From Chloroflexota bacterium (lineage in GTDB: Bacteria > Chloroflexota > Anaerolineae > UBA7937 > B3-Chlor): 64,000 nt of DNA. Location of the stretch: the NCBI GenBank assembly GCA_030603665.1, contig JAUVXJ010000006.1:54781-118780 (forward strand), given 5' to 3'. Below are positions 48,214 through 58,740 of this stretch, one piece after another. How positions within the stretch are numbered: position 1 is the first letter of the stretch; each line of letters starts with the position of its first letter. Made by a program: the position numbers and the translations under genes. The notes below the pieces were generated by a model. It was given only the letters and a program-made list of their open reading frames with translations. It searched no databases and was not told the origin of the DNA.

Positions 48214-49277
48214 CAGACTAGCATCCTGTTGAGCTCTGCCACCAGTTGCCTCGACCTGCCCGGTTGTTCCTCCTCCAGATCCTCTATCACCGCCGCGACC
48301 GCCTCCTTCCTGGCAGGCACCAAGAAGTCACGGAAAGACCCGTAATTGGGCTCGTAACCAAAGTACCGGAACAGCGTCCCCAGCCTGAAATTGACCTGCT
48401 CATCCTCTGACAGTGCTAGATACTGGTCCATCACCGAGAGCATCGACGCTTTGTCTTCTGGCAGCTGTCCTCGCACATCCATCAGGACATTCGTGGAATG
48501 GTCGCTGGCGAAGTAGCTGGTGACCTCCAGCTCCTCGATCAGCTGGCGCTCCTCCCTGACCTTCTCCGCGTCGCTCGACTCCTCGAACTCCCCATTCTCA
48601 AGTTTCTCCTGCAGGGGCATGCCCTGTCTGATAGTCAGCGTCCTCACCCTGATGTAGTGGGGGTTCACCTCGTTCAGAACCCTGGCTGTTTCCAGCGCAT
48701 GGTTCCGCCAGGTCTCCTCACCCTCCAGCCTCAGCCTGCCCCCCAGGCCCAGGACCACGTAGAAGCTCAGGGAAATGCCCGAATCCACGACTTTCTCCCC
48801 TCCACTCACCACCAGGTCCGATGTCACGCCCTTCTTCATGTACTCGAGGAGAGGGTCATAGCCAGATTCCAGCCCTATGTGCAATCTGCTCAGTCCAGCC
48901 TCATGAAGCTCGCGTAGCTCCGCCACCGACTTTCTGGCCACTGTTCTGGCCCTGGCGTAGCTCGTCACGCGCTGCACGCTGGGGAACTTCTCCTTCAAGC
49001 GGGAGAGCACCCGGACCAGGTCGCCCGTCTTCATCACCAGGCTGTTGGCATCCTGAATGAAGGCGGTTCTATAGATATCACCGTGGAACTCAGCGGCTTC
49101 GTCTATGTCTTTGAGGATCTCCTCAATTGGCCGCCTTTCGAACCGCGTCCCTTTGTAGGTGGGGCAGAACTCGCACTTGTTCCACGGACAGTTCCTGGTA
49201 GCCCTGACGAGCAAGCTCCCCGCTTCGCTAGGGGGCCTAATGGGACCAACTTCGTAGGGTTGTCCGATAACCGTCAT
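48213..49277 (-). CDS. Radical SAM protein
   Basis: PIRPPSEA then CPWNKCEFC (CxxxCxxC-like), GLESG, SDH. Confidence 0.88.
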   Translation of the reverse strand: MTVIGQPYEVGPIRPPSEAGSLLVRATRNCPWNKCEFCPTYKGTRFERRPIEEILKDIDEAAEFHGDIYRTAFIQDANSLVMKTGDLVRVLSRLKEKFPSVQRVTSYARARTVARKSVAELRELHEAGLSRLHIGLESGYDPLLEYMKKGVTSDLVVSGGEKVVDSGISLSFYVVLGLGGRLRLEGEETWRNHALETARVLNEVNPHYIRVRTLTIRQGMPLQEKLENGEFEESSDAEKVREERQLIEELEVTSYFASDHSTNVLMDVRGQLPEDKASMLSVMDQYLALSEDEQVNFRLGTLFRYFGYEPNYGSFRDFLVPARKEAVAAVIEDLEEEQPGRSRQLVAELNRMLV

Positions 49278-49456
49278 ATCTGTATCTTGACTCCCCTTCC
49301 TTGCGCTCCACCTACATTATACAGAGGATGGGCACTGTGGGGAAAACGAGTGGGATAAAGAGGGGGAGCCGCGAACCAGACCATCAGCGACGGATGGGCC
49401 CCCAGAGAACAACTCCATGCAGGCACGCAACGAGGCACCGACCTACCACGACGATC

Positions 49457-50290
49457 TCAGTTGTCTAGGTCGTCAAAGTAGGCGCGCAGAGCCTCCTGCC
49501 AGGGGCGCAAGGTGATACCGAACCGAGTGGAGGCTGAGGTATTGCGTAACGCGGCATTGGCCGGCACAGTCGCCAGTCGCTCATAGTGCTCCACGCGGCG
49601 CAAAGCCAAGTGGCTCTTCCCGGCAAACTCCAGGATCCTCTCAGCGAACTCGAACCGAGAGCAACTCCCCTCATTGACAAAGTGATAGGTATCATAGAGA
49701 GGATACTCTATCAAACGAGCTATGGCGGCTGCCAGATCCGGCGCGTAAGTAGGTGAACCAACCTCGGTCGTAACAACCGATAGCTCGTCACGATGAGCAG
49801 CTAACTCAAGTATCTTGGCGACGAAGTTTCGACCGCCTTGGCCGTACAGCCACGCGGTGCGCACGATGTAGCAGTCGGTCAGCAAGTCGCGGACGAGAAG
49901 CTCTCCAGCCAGCTTGGACCTGCCATAGACACAGATGGGGTTTGGCTCATCCAACTCAAGATATGGCTCTCCCTTGGTGCCATCGAAGACGTAATCGGTG
50001 CTCACGTAGAGAAGGGCCGCATCGCAGAGCCGGCAGGTGTCGGCCACATTCCTGGTCCCGACCGCGTTGACCTTGAACGCGGAGTCAGGATCCCGCTCGC
50101 ATCCATCTACGTCCGTCATTGCCGCTGCATGAACTACGAGGTCAGGTTGGAACTCTGCTATGGTTCCAACGATCCGGCGTTCCGTCACGTCATGCTCGGG
50201 CAGGTCGACGAGGAAGAGGTCGAGCCGTTGGAGAACCTCCTGCAAAGCCCTCCCCAATTGTCCGCGCGCTCCAGTGATGACTACACGCAT
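49457..50290 (-). CDS. rfbD: dTDP-4-dehydrorhamnose reductase
   Basis: ITGARGQLG, VDGCE, STDYVFDG, YGRSK, GSPT; start at ATG 50290. Confidence 0.92.
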   Translation of the reverse strand: MRVVITGARGQLGRALQEVLQRLDLFLVDLPEHDVTERRIVGTIAEFQPDLVVHAAAMTDVDGCERDPDSAFKVNAVGTRNVADTCRLCDAALLYVSTDYVFDGTKGEPYLELDEPNPICVYGRSKLAGELLVRDLLTDCYIVRTAWLYGQGGRNFVAKILELAAHRDELSVVTTEVGSPTYAPDLAAAIARLIEYPLYDTYHFVNEGSCSRFEFAERILEFAGKSHLALRRVEHYERLATVPANAALRNTSASTRFGITLRPWQEALRAYFDDLDN

Positions 50291-50832
50291 CCGGTTCCTC
50301 ACGCTCAGATGGACTGCTCCTGGTTCCCTGCCGTCATTGTATTCGCTTCCGCTTGAGACTGCTAAGGGACGTCCCTGCGCAAAGCCGTCACGCTCATGCG
50401 GCAGCCACCATCCCCTCTTTTTGATCTCATCTGTAGCGCGCTGCGAACATGTGCCGTGATCGTCGTTGCTGAACGGTCGCCTGGCGCCCCCTAGTGGGTC
50501 ACTGGCGTATCGCCCCGGAGATCGGCTACCTTCAATTCTGACGGGCTCTGACAACCACTCTCCCAGTCGTCGTTGACGCTGGCGATAGGCCAGCAGGAGC
50601 GATAGAATGAGCTGAACATGGCCCTTCAAGCTGACAGTAGCATTCCGCACACCGCGGTGGATAGTACTCCCCCCGCGACTATAGCCCAGATACTGCCCGT
50701 GTCGGGACACACTGTGCCTCGCCCTCCAGCATCTGCTCGGCCGTCTGGGGAGATCGAGAAGTGATGTCCACTGGGCTTGTCATGCGACGCCGCAGAGGCG
50801 GAGACATGGAGTCCGCCTCTTAGCACGAAACT

Positions 50833-52707
50833 ATGTCCGGATACTTCCCGAGTATGTCTGACCACCGCCGCGGATTCCTCATCGGTCTCTTCGCGCTCAC
50901 ACTGGTGAGGGGAATCCTGTACAGCGTGATCATACCACCTTGGCAAGCCCCCGACGAGCCTGGTCACGTCGAGTACGCAGCTCTCCTAGCAGAGAAACGC
51001 CGGTACCTCAACAGAGAGGACTCATCCCCCGCGTTGCAGCAGCAGATTCTGTCGTCCATGGAAGAGTTCGACTTTTGGAGGCAACTTGGTGGAGAGGAAC
51101 CACAGACCATGCCACAATCCTTCCCTCAAGATTCCTCCATGGTGCTCTCGGGCACTCAACTGGGAGATGAGAGTCCACTGTACTATCTGATTCCTGCCCT
51201 CGTCTTCATCTTGGCTGGCATTCGAGAAACTCTGCTGCAGCTCTACATTCTTCGCTGGTTCTCTGTCGTTCTCGGAAGCGCAACGGTGGCCGTATCCTAC
51301 CTAGTCGCGGCGGAGCTGTTCCCCGACGATCGTTTCATGAGGACTGCCGTTCCTGCCTTCGTGCTCTTCTTGCCCATGTTAGCCTACATGGGTTCCGCCG
51401 CCAACAGCGACGCCCTGGCTATACTGGTCTCCTCACTCTTCTTCTGGCAATTGGTCATCCTATTCAAGAGGGGTGCGGATTGGCGCTCCGTGTCGGCTGT
51501 CGTGAGTCTGGCCTGCCTCGCAGTGGTCGCCAAGAAGACCGCCTTGTTCGCGGCGCCTCTTCTACTCGTCGCGGTGCCCGTGTACCTTGGGGGGCGCCGG
51601 ACCAGAGTAGAAGAGCCTGTTAGACAGGCGGTGGTAGGATCTGTCCTCCTCATCGCTCTACTCCTGGGCGTGTTCCTGAGCTGGGCCAGCGGCGACGCCG
51701 CTGGATGGGTCGAGCGACCACCGTCCTCGGCGAGCACGCGAAGTGACCATACAGCGAGGTCGGGCAGCTACGCTCTGCGTATCGCAGAAGACAGAGGCGA
51801 CGCGTGCCAGCGGCTAGTGCAGACTCTCTCCTACAACTCGGTGCGAGAGCTGCGTGGCAGAACAGTGGAGTTTAGCGCCTGGATCAGAAGCCCGGATGCG
51901 CATGGCAGAGGTCGTCTCGTGATCGCAGACAATGAGGGCCGGGCCACTCAGATCTTTACTGCGACCGACACCTGGAGTCTCCAAAGTGTGACACGCGCTG
52001 TATCCCCCGAAGCTACTTCCATCAGGATAGTATTGAGTCCCTCCAGGTGTCGCGGTACTGGGACTGGCGAACTGTTCTTCGACGACGTGTTCCTGGGGGA
52101 CAGCCAAGGTCAGGGGCGTAACCTCGTGGCCAATGGTTCTGGGGAGACCCCTGCCCTCAGGATCTGGGACCGCCTTGAGAACATCGCGCCACATCTGTCC
52201 CTCAGCCGCTTGTTTGATGGCCGAAGTTACGACACCAATTCGGCCAAGCGATACAGTCTCTATGCCCTGCTCACGTTTGCGGGATTCTGGGCAAATTTCG
52301 GCTGGCTTACTCTTCCACTGGATCCCGTGTGGTACGCCATGCTAGCCCTGCTTTGCCTGGCCCTGGTCGTTGGTCTGGGCTTCTGCTATACCGATGCGTT
52401 GACTCTGTGGAGGCGGAGCACAGATTATCGACCTACGTGGCGGAACAAATCCCTGTTGTTGCTCCTTGTGGCCTTATGTCTTATACTCTTCCAGACGTTT
52501 CTCCCCATGATAGGCCGACATTGGCAGCCGCAGGGGAGGTATCTGTTTCCAGCAATCATCCCCATAGCTACGCTCCTTAGCCTTGGCTGGCGCCGACTCC
52601 ACGGGAGATGGAGGAGCGACGTCGGTTTAGTTGCCTGGGTGATGTTTCTCTTTCTATTGCACGTCCTCTGCGTTTTCCGTTATATTATCCCTCACTACTA
52701 TGGATGA
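50833..52707 (+). CDS. GT-C-like membrane protein (DUF2142-like) with an inserted carbohydrate-binding-type domain
   Basis: PPWQAPDEPGH, PLYY, ANSD, FWANFGW, QGRYLFP; central beta-rich insert (ARSGSYAL..FSAWI..FDDV). Confidence 0.7.
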   Translation: MSGYFPSMSDHRRGFLIGLFALTLVRGILYSVIIPPWQAPDEPGHVEYAALLAEKRRYLNREDSSPALQQQILSSMEEFDFWRQLGGEEPQTMPQSFPQDSSMVLSGTQLGDESPLYYLIPALVFILAGIRETLLQLYILRWFSVVLGSATVAVSYLVAAELFPDDRFMRTAVPAFVLFLPMLAYMGSAANSDALAILVSSLFFWQLVILFKRGADWRSVSAVVSLACLAVVAKKTALFAAPLLLVAVPVYLGGRRTRVEEPVRQAVVGSVLLIALLLGVFLSWASGDAAGWVERPPSSASTRSDHTARSGSYALRIAEDRGDACQRLVQTLSYNSVRELRGRTVEFSAWIRSPDAHGRGRLVIADNEGRATQIFTATDTWSLQSVTRAVSPEATSIRIVLSPSRCRGTGTGELFFDDVFLGDSQGQGRNLVANGSGETPALRIWDRLENIAPHLSLSRLFDGRSYDTNSAKRYSLYALLTFAGFWANFGWLTLPLDPVWYAMLALLCLALVVGLGFCYTDALTLWRRSTDYRPTWRNKSLLLLLVALCLILFQTFLPMIGRHWQPQGRYLFPAIIPIATLLSLGWRRLHGRWRSDVGLVAWVMFLFLLHVLCVFRYIIPHYYG

Positions 52708-53500
52708 TCCTCACCGATCAAGCACCAAGATCTACGGGAGGGAGGGTACATTGGCGGGCAACAGGCGCAACACTTGCCTCGTGGCTATGCTACTTCTGGG
52801 CCCGGCTCTGGTCCTGGCCTGGATGCTGATTCAGGGACCGGTCATCACCTACCTGCGAGAGTCGCTATCGCCTGCACCCGTGGCGGACCCGCTCAGACCC
52901 ACAACGCCTGAAGCGAACGACGACCAGCGCGACGCCATGGCCTTCCTGCCTCCAGGAGCGGTAATCTTCGACACGCTCCAAGCCGACTTGGATGGTGATG
53001 GCTCGTCCGAGAGAGTGCTGGTCTTCAATGATGAGGAAAGCCCTCACGGGCCTGGCATGGGTGGAGTGGTGGTACTTGACGATAAGCCTGATGATTCCTC
53101 GGAAGCGTATGAATTTAGGCCACCATCGGAGGGGAAAGTGACTGATGCGGCCGTTCGCGACATCAACGTCGACAGGGTCCTGGAGTTGCTGGTTTACAAG
53201 AGTTCTGAGGACGGAACTGCCCAGTACCTCCACATTGGCCAGTGGGACGGCTCGGCCTTTGTCACTCTGGCTCCACATGGCGGGCCGCTTGACGGTGCAC
53301 AGGCCTTCGCGTCGGCCTACTATCCCCCGGAGTTCAAGGATCTCGACATGGACGGTGACAAGGAATTGGTGGCTTATGAAGATCAGCCAGCTTACGAGCG
53401 TCTGAAGGTCTCGGTCTACGTGTGGAATGGCGAGGCTTTTATCTATGACAATCTATACATCATTCTGGGTCCTCAGCGCCCGCCTACTGAGAGCAGGTAG
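52700..53500 (+). CDS. Membrane-anchored protein with FG-GAP/VCBS-like Ca-binding repeats
   Basis: DLDGDG..E, DINVDR..E and DLDMDGD.E motifs after one TM helix. Confidence 0.6.
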   Translation: MDDPHRSSTKIYGREGTLAGNRRNTCLVAMLLLGPALVLAWMLIQGPVITYLRESLSPAPVADPLRPTTPEANDDQRDAMAFLPPGAVIFDTLQADLDGDGSSERVLVFNDEESPHGPGMGGVVVLDDKPDDSSEAYEFRPPSEGKVTDAAVRDINVDRVLELLVYKSSEDGTAQYLHIGQWDGSAFVTLAPHGGPLDGAQAFASAYYPPEFKDLDMDGDKELVAYEDQPAYERLKVSVYVWNGEAFIYDNLYIILGPQRPPTESR

Positions 53501-53578
53501 TGCTATCTGACGGGGTAACGAGCTAGCTCCGCAGCGCTGAGGTGCGGCCACAGTGCGTGCCAAAGGGGAGGAGAGCTG

Positions 53579-55153
53579 TTGCAGACCCCCCGTGTCAGAG
53601 GGGAAGCGGTCCTTCGGGACTCCGTCGTCATATCCGGTTTCAACGCGCTGGGAGTGGGCGGGGCGCTACTTGTTGACGTGGCGCTGGCGGCCAAGTACGG
53701 TCTGGGCGCTAACACAGACGCCCTATTCCTCGCCTTAACAATCCCACAGCTGCTTACGACTGTTCTTGGAGCGGCGACGAATCCGGTGGTGGTGCCGCTT
53801 CTCTCTGGAACCAGAGTCAACTCTGGAGAGAAAGAGAGCTGGAGGCTGTTCAGCAATCTCCTCAACCTGAGCATGATCTCCTTGGCTCTGATCGCTGCGG
53901 CCGGCACGGTTTGCTCTGGCGCACTGATCTCGGTCAGCGCACCTGGACTTTCCAGCGAGTCGCGGCAGATTGCCATCGGCCTCAGTCGCATCCTGTTTGC
54001 CATCGTCGCGCTGGCGGGATTGTCAGAAGTAATGAAGGCGATGTTGAACTCCTATCGTCGTTTCGCGGTTCCGTCAGCCGCCTATTCGGTGCAGTACGTT
54101 GTTGTGTTCTTGGGCGTCGTGCTCTTACCACGCAACTTGGGCATACAAGCCGTCGCCGTCAGCTATGTGGTAGGTTACGCGGTGCAGGTTCTAGTCCTGT
54201 CTGGCGGACTTATCGCCCTGGGAGGTCGTTACTACCCCGTGCTGCAACCACGCCACCCAGCTGTAAGAGAGGCAGGGCGTCTGTTTGCACCGCTTGTCAT
54301 GAGCCAATTGTTGGGCCAGAGCAACATCTGGCTGGAGCGGTTTCTGGCGTCGTTCCTGCCGCCGGGCAGCGTGTCGGCACTCGTCTATGCTCGCCGCGTC
54401 CTGCGTGCCCTAACGCTGGCCCTGGTTAATAGTGTCTCCAAGGCATTGCTGCCCAGGTTTTCGGAACTGGCCAGCCGGGCGAATCTGGAGGAAATGCGGC
54501 GATCCGTGAGCCTTGGACTGAAGCTGACCCTGGGCATCTGTCTTCCCGTGGCAGCTGGAGTAATGGTGACCAGCACTCCGCTGATGACCTTGCTCTTCCG
54601 AAGGGGAGCCTTCGGCGCGGAAGCGGTATCGGTTGCCGCCACGGCGCTGGTCTTCTACATGCCCGGCTTGCCTCTTATGGCCATGTGGCAGACTCAAATG
54701 GCTCCTTTCTATGCGATGCGCGATACGAAGACCCCAGTACTGATCATCACGATGTCATTGGCGATTCTGGCGACGCTGCAACTCGCCTTACTGGGGGTAG
54801 CCGGCCTCTATGGGCTAGCCCTGGCGCTGTCTCTGAGTCGGGCCGCCAGTGTCACCGCCGCGTATCTGCTTCTCCGAAGAAAGATCGGAGAATTCGATGG
54901 AGACCTCTGGCGCTACGGCCTCAAGACGGGAATCGCAGCGGCAGCAATGGCGGTGGTCGTTCTTATCTCCACACGGTTAGTAGAGACCCAAATTGCCCTT
55001 TCCCAGACCGTCGAGTCGCTCGTCATATTGGCCGTGGCCGGCATACTAGGATCAGTAGTGTATGTCGGAGCCTTGCTTCTCCTGCGCGTTAGGGAAGTAA
55101 CTGAGGGCATCCGTCTGTTGAGGAAGAGGACAGTCGGCAGCTCTTGTAGCTAG
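53579..55153 (+). CDS. MurJ/MviN-like MOP flippase
   Basis: DALFLA..IP, LASFL..GSVSALVYA.R, LLPRFS, LFRRGAF, FYA.RDTKTP; about 14 TM segments; start uncertain. Confidence 0.85.
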   Translation: MQTPRVRGEAVLRDSVVISGFNALGVGGALLVDVALAAKYGLGANTDALFLALTIPQLLTTVLGAATNPVVVPLLSGTRVNSGEKESWRLFSNLLNLSMISLALIAAAGTVCSGALISVSAPGLSSESRQIAIGLSRILFAIVALAGLSEVMKAMLNSYRRFAVPSAAYSVQYVVVFLGVVLLPRNLGIQAVAVSYVVGYAVQVLVLSGGLIALGGRYYPVLQPRHPAVREAGRLFAPLVMSQLLGQSNIWLERFLASFLPPGSVSALVYARRVLRALTLALVNSVSKALLPRFSELASRANLEEMRRSVSLGLKLTLGICLPVAAGVMVTSTPLMTLLFRRGAFGAEAVSVAATALVFYMPGLPLMAMWQTQMAPFYAMRDTKTPVLIITMSLAILATLQLALLGVAGLYGLALALSLSRAASVTAAYLLLRRKIGEFDGDLWRYGLKTGIAAAAMAVVVLISTRLVETQIALSQTVESLVILAVAGILGSVVYVGALLLLRVREVTEGIRLLRKRTVGSSCS

Positions 55154-55214
55154 TCTGGATTGAGCCGATGGCGACCCGGACATCGAAGTGGATGTATCAT
55201 GCGGCAGAAGGTGA

Positions 55215-56954
55215 GTGACAACCATGAGTACTCATGATAGGATATTGGTCATTGGTGTAGACGCAGGGACGATGGACCTGATAGAAGGCTGGAGCGACCA
55301 GGGGAGACTGCCCGGCTTCAAGCGTTTCTTCGAAGATGGTGTGCACGGAAAGCTTCATTCGGTTCCCAACATGTGCAGCGCTTCTGCATGGTCTTCCATG
55401 GTGACAGGCGTGAACCCCGGAAAGCATGGCATCTACTGGTTCGGGGAATATGCCCCTGACAGTTATGAGTATCGCTACATAAACGCCTCCTACCGGAATG
55501 CCGACACCCTGTGGGACATCATGAGCGCGTCTGGTAGGAGGGTCGGAGTGATCAACGTCCCGATAAGCTACCCAGCGGCGGAAGTCAATGGTTTTCTCAT
55601 TGCAGGCCTGGATGCGCCGCATGCCGATGACAAGCGATTCACCTACCCTCCCGGCCTACTTTCGGAGTTGCGCGGCCAACTTGGGGAGTACGACATTGAG
55701 CCAGGAATGCCTGGCTTCTACAAGGCGGGCCGACTGGACGATGGCGTACGCAAGCTTCACTCGACCATGGACAGTCGCCTAGCCTACGCCTCCCACCTCA
55801 TGAAGACGAATCCCTGGGATTTTCTCATGGTGGTCTTCACCACCGTGGATTCGGCGCAGCATTTCTTCTGGAAGTACATGAAGCCAAAAGACTTCACGTT
55901 GACAGACGACGAGCTTCATAGGTACCAACACGTCATCCGAGATGTCTACGTGCACCAAGACAACGCAATACGACAGCTCATCGAACTGGCGGGTCCCGAC
56001 ACCACGGTTTTCATAGTTTCTGACCACGGTGGCGATCTCGGGGGCAAGGGCCCCCTGCTGCCACTGTGGCTGGAGCACATGGGAATGCTGCGCTATGGGA
56101 AGCGTGGCCGGAGGAATGAGCCGCATCGCGGCATGGCCAGAGAGTTGATCCTCAGACTGCTAGCTGGCGGCTATAGGCGCGTGGACAGGTACTTTGGCCG
56201 TGACTTCAAGTTGCGTTTGGCGAAGATGTTCCCCGATCTGCGACAGAAGGTGGAAGCGCACATCCACTTCTCCCAGATTGACTGGGCAGCCACGAAGGCC
56301 TTCACCGATGGAGTGAGGCCGGACATCTGGATCAACCTCAAGGGGCGCTTCCCCCAGGGGACTGTTGAGCCCGGCGAAGAGTATAATGCCGTCTGCGAGA
56401 CAATTAGGGCCCAGTTCCTAGCCATGCGTGACACCCGCACCGACGAACGGGCTGTGAACGCTGTGTTCAGGAAAGAAGAGGTGTACCATGGTCCCTATCT
56501 CGACCGCGCTCCGGATCTGGTCGTCCAGTGGAAACCGGACTTGCCTGCAACAGCAGTGGCCCTGGGAGACACCACGGCGACCGATCTACAGCGCATAAGG
56601 GTGAAGCTGACCGACGGTGTCGGTATCGGTACCGGTCCCCGTGGCGGCACCGGCATGCACAGCCCGCATGGCATCTTGTTCGCCAAGGGTCCCCAGCTCA
56701 GGAGAGGCGCACAGATAGAGGCTGCAGAAATCGTGGATGTGGCTCCCACACTCCTGCATCTGGCCGGGCTTCCTGTTCCCGGCTACATGGACGGTAGAGT
56801 CATCGAGGAGGTGTTCACTGACAAGTTCCTATCGGAGAATCCAGTCCGGACAACGGAGCACGCTCTTGATTCGGGGGATGAGCCGGCGCCCTATTCTGCC
56901 GAGGAGAGAGAGATAATCGGTGATCGTCTGCGCGGCATGGGGTACGTGGAATGA
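55215..56954 (+). CDS. Alkaline phosphatase superfamily (NPP/phosphodiesterase-type) protein 1
   Basis: IGVDA, SAWSS..TG.NPGKHG, SDHG, C-terminal RLRGMGY. Confidence 0.85.
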   Translation: MTTMSTHDRILVIGVDAGTMDLIEGWSDQGRLPGFKRFFEDGVHGKLHSVPNMCSASAWSSMVTGVNPGKHGIYWFGEYAPDSYEYRYINASYRNADTLWDIMSASGRRVGVINVPISYPAAEVNGFLIAGLDAPHADDKRFTYPPGLLSELRGQLGEYDIEPGMPGFYKAGRLDDGVRKLHSTMDSRLAYASHLMKTNPWDFLMVVFTTVDSAQHFFWKYMKPKDFTLTDDELHRYQHVIRDVYVHQDNAIRQLIELAGPDTTVFIVSDHGGDLGGKGPLLPLWLEHMGMLRYGKRGRRNEPHRGMARELILRLLAGGYRRVDRYFGRDFKLRLAKMFPDLRQKVEAHIHFSQIDWAATKAFTDGVRPDIWINLKGRFPQGTVEPGEEYNAVCETIRAQFLAMRDTRTDERAVNAVFRKEEVYHGPYLDRAPDLVVQWKPDLPATAVALGDTTATDLQRIRVKLTDGVGIGTGPRGGTGMHSPHGILFAKGPQLRRGAQIEAAEIVDVAPTLLHLAGLPVPGYMDGRVIEEVFTDKFLSENPVRTTEHALDSGDEPAPYSAEEREIIGDRLRGMGYVE

Positions 56955-58630
56955 CAGGGACTCCGGTGCGACCGACGTCACCCGAACTTGGCAAAGGCCG
57001 ACCAGTATTCGTGATTGGGCTGGACGGGGCAACGTTCGACTTGCTGCTCCCCTGGATGGATGAGCAGCGTCTGCCACACTTGGCGGCGATCTTCAGGAAA
57101 AGTGCCCACGGACAGCTGCGCTCCACCATCCCTCCCGTTACCGCCCCGGCCTGGGCCTCGTTTCAGACCGGCAAGAACCCTGGCAAGCACGGCCTCTTCC
57201 ACTTCACACGCTACCAGCAAGGCACCTATGAAACTCCGCTAGTGGACGCCAGCAGCATAAGATCGAGAACCATCTGGCAGATCCTGAGCGATCACGGCAA
57301 GCGGGTGGGAATCATCAACGTACCTCTTACCTATCCCCCCAGGCCAGTCAACGGATTCATGATTTCGGGAATGCTGACCCCAGAACCGGCGAAGGGTTTC
57401 TACCCTCCGGAGTTGTATCACGAGCTAACCTCGCAAGTTGGAGACTATGAGATCTTCGTTCCCGTGCGCACCAGGGACTATCTGGGTGTACGGGATTTCG
57501 TGAAAGCCGTCACACGTCTGGCCGAAAAGCGCGCCCAGGCGGCTTTGTACATGCTCTCCAGGGAAAAGTGGGACTTCTTCATGGTGCATTTTCAAAGCAG
57601 TGACATACTGCAGCACAGTCTGTGGTCCCACCTCGATCCAGGCCACCCTGATTTTCTGACCAACGACCACCAAGAGAGAGAATGCGTTATGGGCTTCTAT
57701 GAGCGCCTGGATGAGCTCATCGGAGATCTCGTGCAACAGATGGATCAGAAAGGTATCCTGGTCGTCATGTCCGACCACGGATTCGGGCCAGCTCTCCGGC
57801 GAGTGTATTTGAACAGCTGGCTGCTGAACCAGGGCCTGATGGCCGCATCGTGGGGCTCCGCAAGGAGACGAGCTATTCAGCTGGCAGAGTCACTGGTGAG
57901 ATCCGTCGATGTCCTGAAGATACGGCGACGCATCATCAAGCCTCGGAGCCGCAGTGAGAGGCTGGTGAACCACCTCACTCGAGACATGCTCATCGATTGG
58001 GACCGCACGAAAGCGTTTGCACTATCTGGGCCCTTCTTTGGGCGCGTGTACGTGAACTGCAGGGGAAGGGAGGCCAGGGGCATTGTAGAGCCAGGCACCC
58101 AAATAGAAGCGCTGCGGGACGAGATCGCTGAAGCATTGTTGGAGCTCAGGGATCCGGATACGGACGCGAAGGTCATCAAGAACGTCTTCAGGCGCGAAGA
58201 TATCTACCATGGCGGCCTTCTCGAGACCATGCCGGACTTGGTGGTGGAACCCACCGATGGATACATGATTGCCACCGCCTTCAGGGGAGAGAAGCTGGTG
58301 GAACCTGTGCCGCGATTCATGACGGGCACTCACCGCATGCATGGCATACTGATGCTTAGAGGGGAGCCCTTCCCTGAAAACACCCAGATCGAGAATGCGC
58401 AGATCACAGACGTGGCACCGACAATCCTCCACTTGATGGGGGTACCGATACCTAGTGACATGGATGGAAGGGCATTGCACAAAGCAATGGCGCCTTCCTA
58501 TCTCAGCGAACACCCGATCCAGTACGAAGAGGCAAGTGTCTCCACAGCTGCCGAAGGTGGCGATGCCTATTCAGCCGAGGAGACAGAGAACGTACGCGAA
58601 CGTCTGCGGGGGCTAGGCTATCTGGGCTGA
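56951..58630 (+). CDS. Alkaline phosphatase superfamily protein 2
   Basis: IGLDGAT, PPVTAPAW..F.TGKNPGKHG, SDHGF, RLRGLGY. Confidence 0.87.
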   Translation: MTGTPVRPTSPELGKGRPVFVIGLDGATFDLLLPWMDEQRLPHLAAIFRKSAHGQLRSTIPPVTAPAWASFQTGKNPGKHGLFHFTRYQQGTYETPLVDASSIRSRTIWQILSDHGKRVGIINVPLTYPPRPVNGFMISGMLTPEPAKGFYPPELYHELTSQVGDYEIFVPVRTRDYLGVRDFVKAVTRLAEKRAQAALYMLSREKWDFFMVHFQSSDILQHSLWSHLDPGHPDFLTNDHQERECVMGFYERLDELIGDLVQQMDQKGILVVMSDHGFGPALRRVYLNSWLLNQGLMAASWGSARRRAIQLAESLVRSVDVLKIRRRIIKPRSRSERLVNHLTRDMLIDWDRTKAFALSGPFFGRVYVNCRGREARGIVEPGTQIEALRDEIAEALLELRDPDTDAKVIKNVFRREDIYHGGLLETMPDLVVEPTDGYMIATAFRGEKLVEPVPRFMTGTHRMHGILMLRGEPFPENTQIENAQITDVAPTILHLMGVPIPSDMDGRALHKAMAPSYLSEHPIQYEEASVSTAAEGGDAYSAEETENVRERLRGLGYLG

Positions 58631-58740
58631 TGGGTTCAGCCCAACGAATCCGTCCAGAAGAGCAGCTCTTGACACGCGATCAGCAACACGCTGGTGGCCT
58701 GAGACACTGGGCCATTCTTCGTGTCGGCACTTGAGAGACT

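Noticed and set aside
50291-50710. 140-aa N-terminal extension of RfbD in the ORF track
   Set aside because: Homology starts at MRVVITGARGQLG (50290); the upstream part is more likely a divergent intergenic region.
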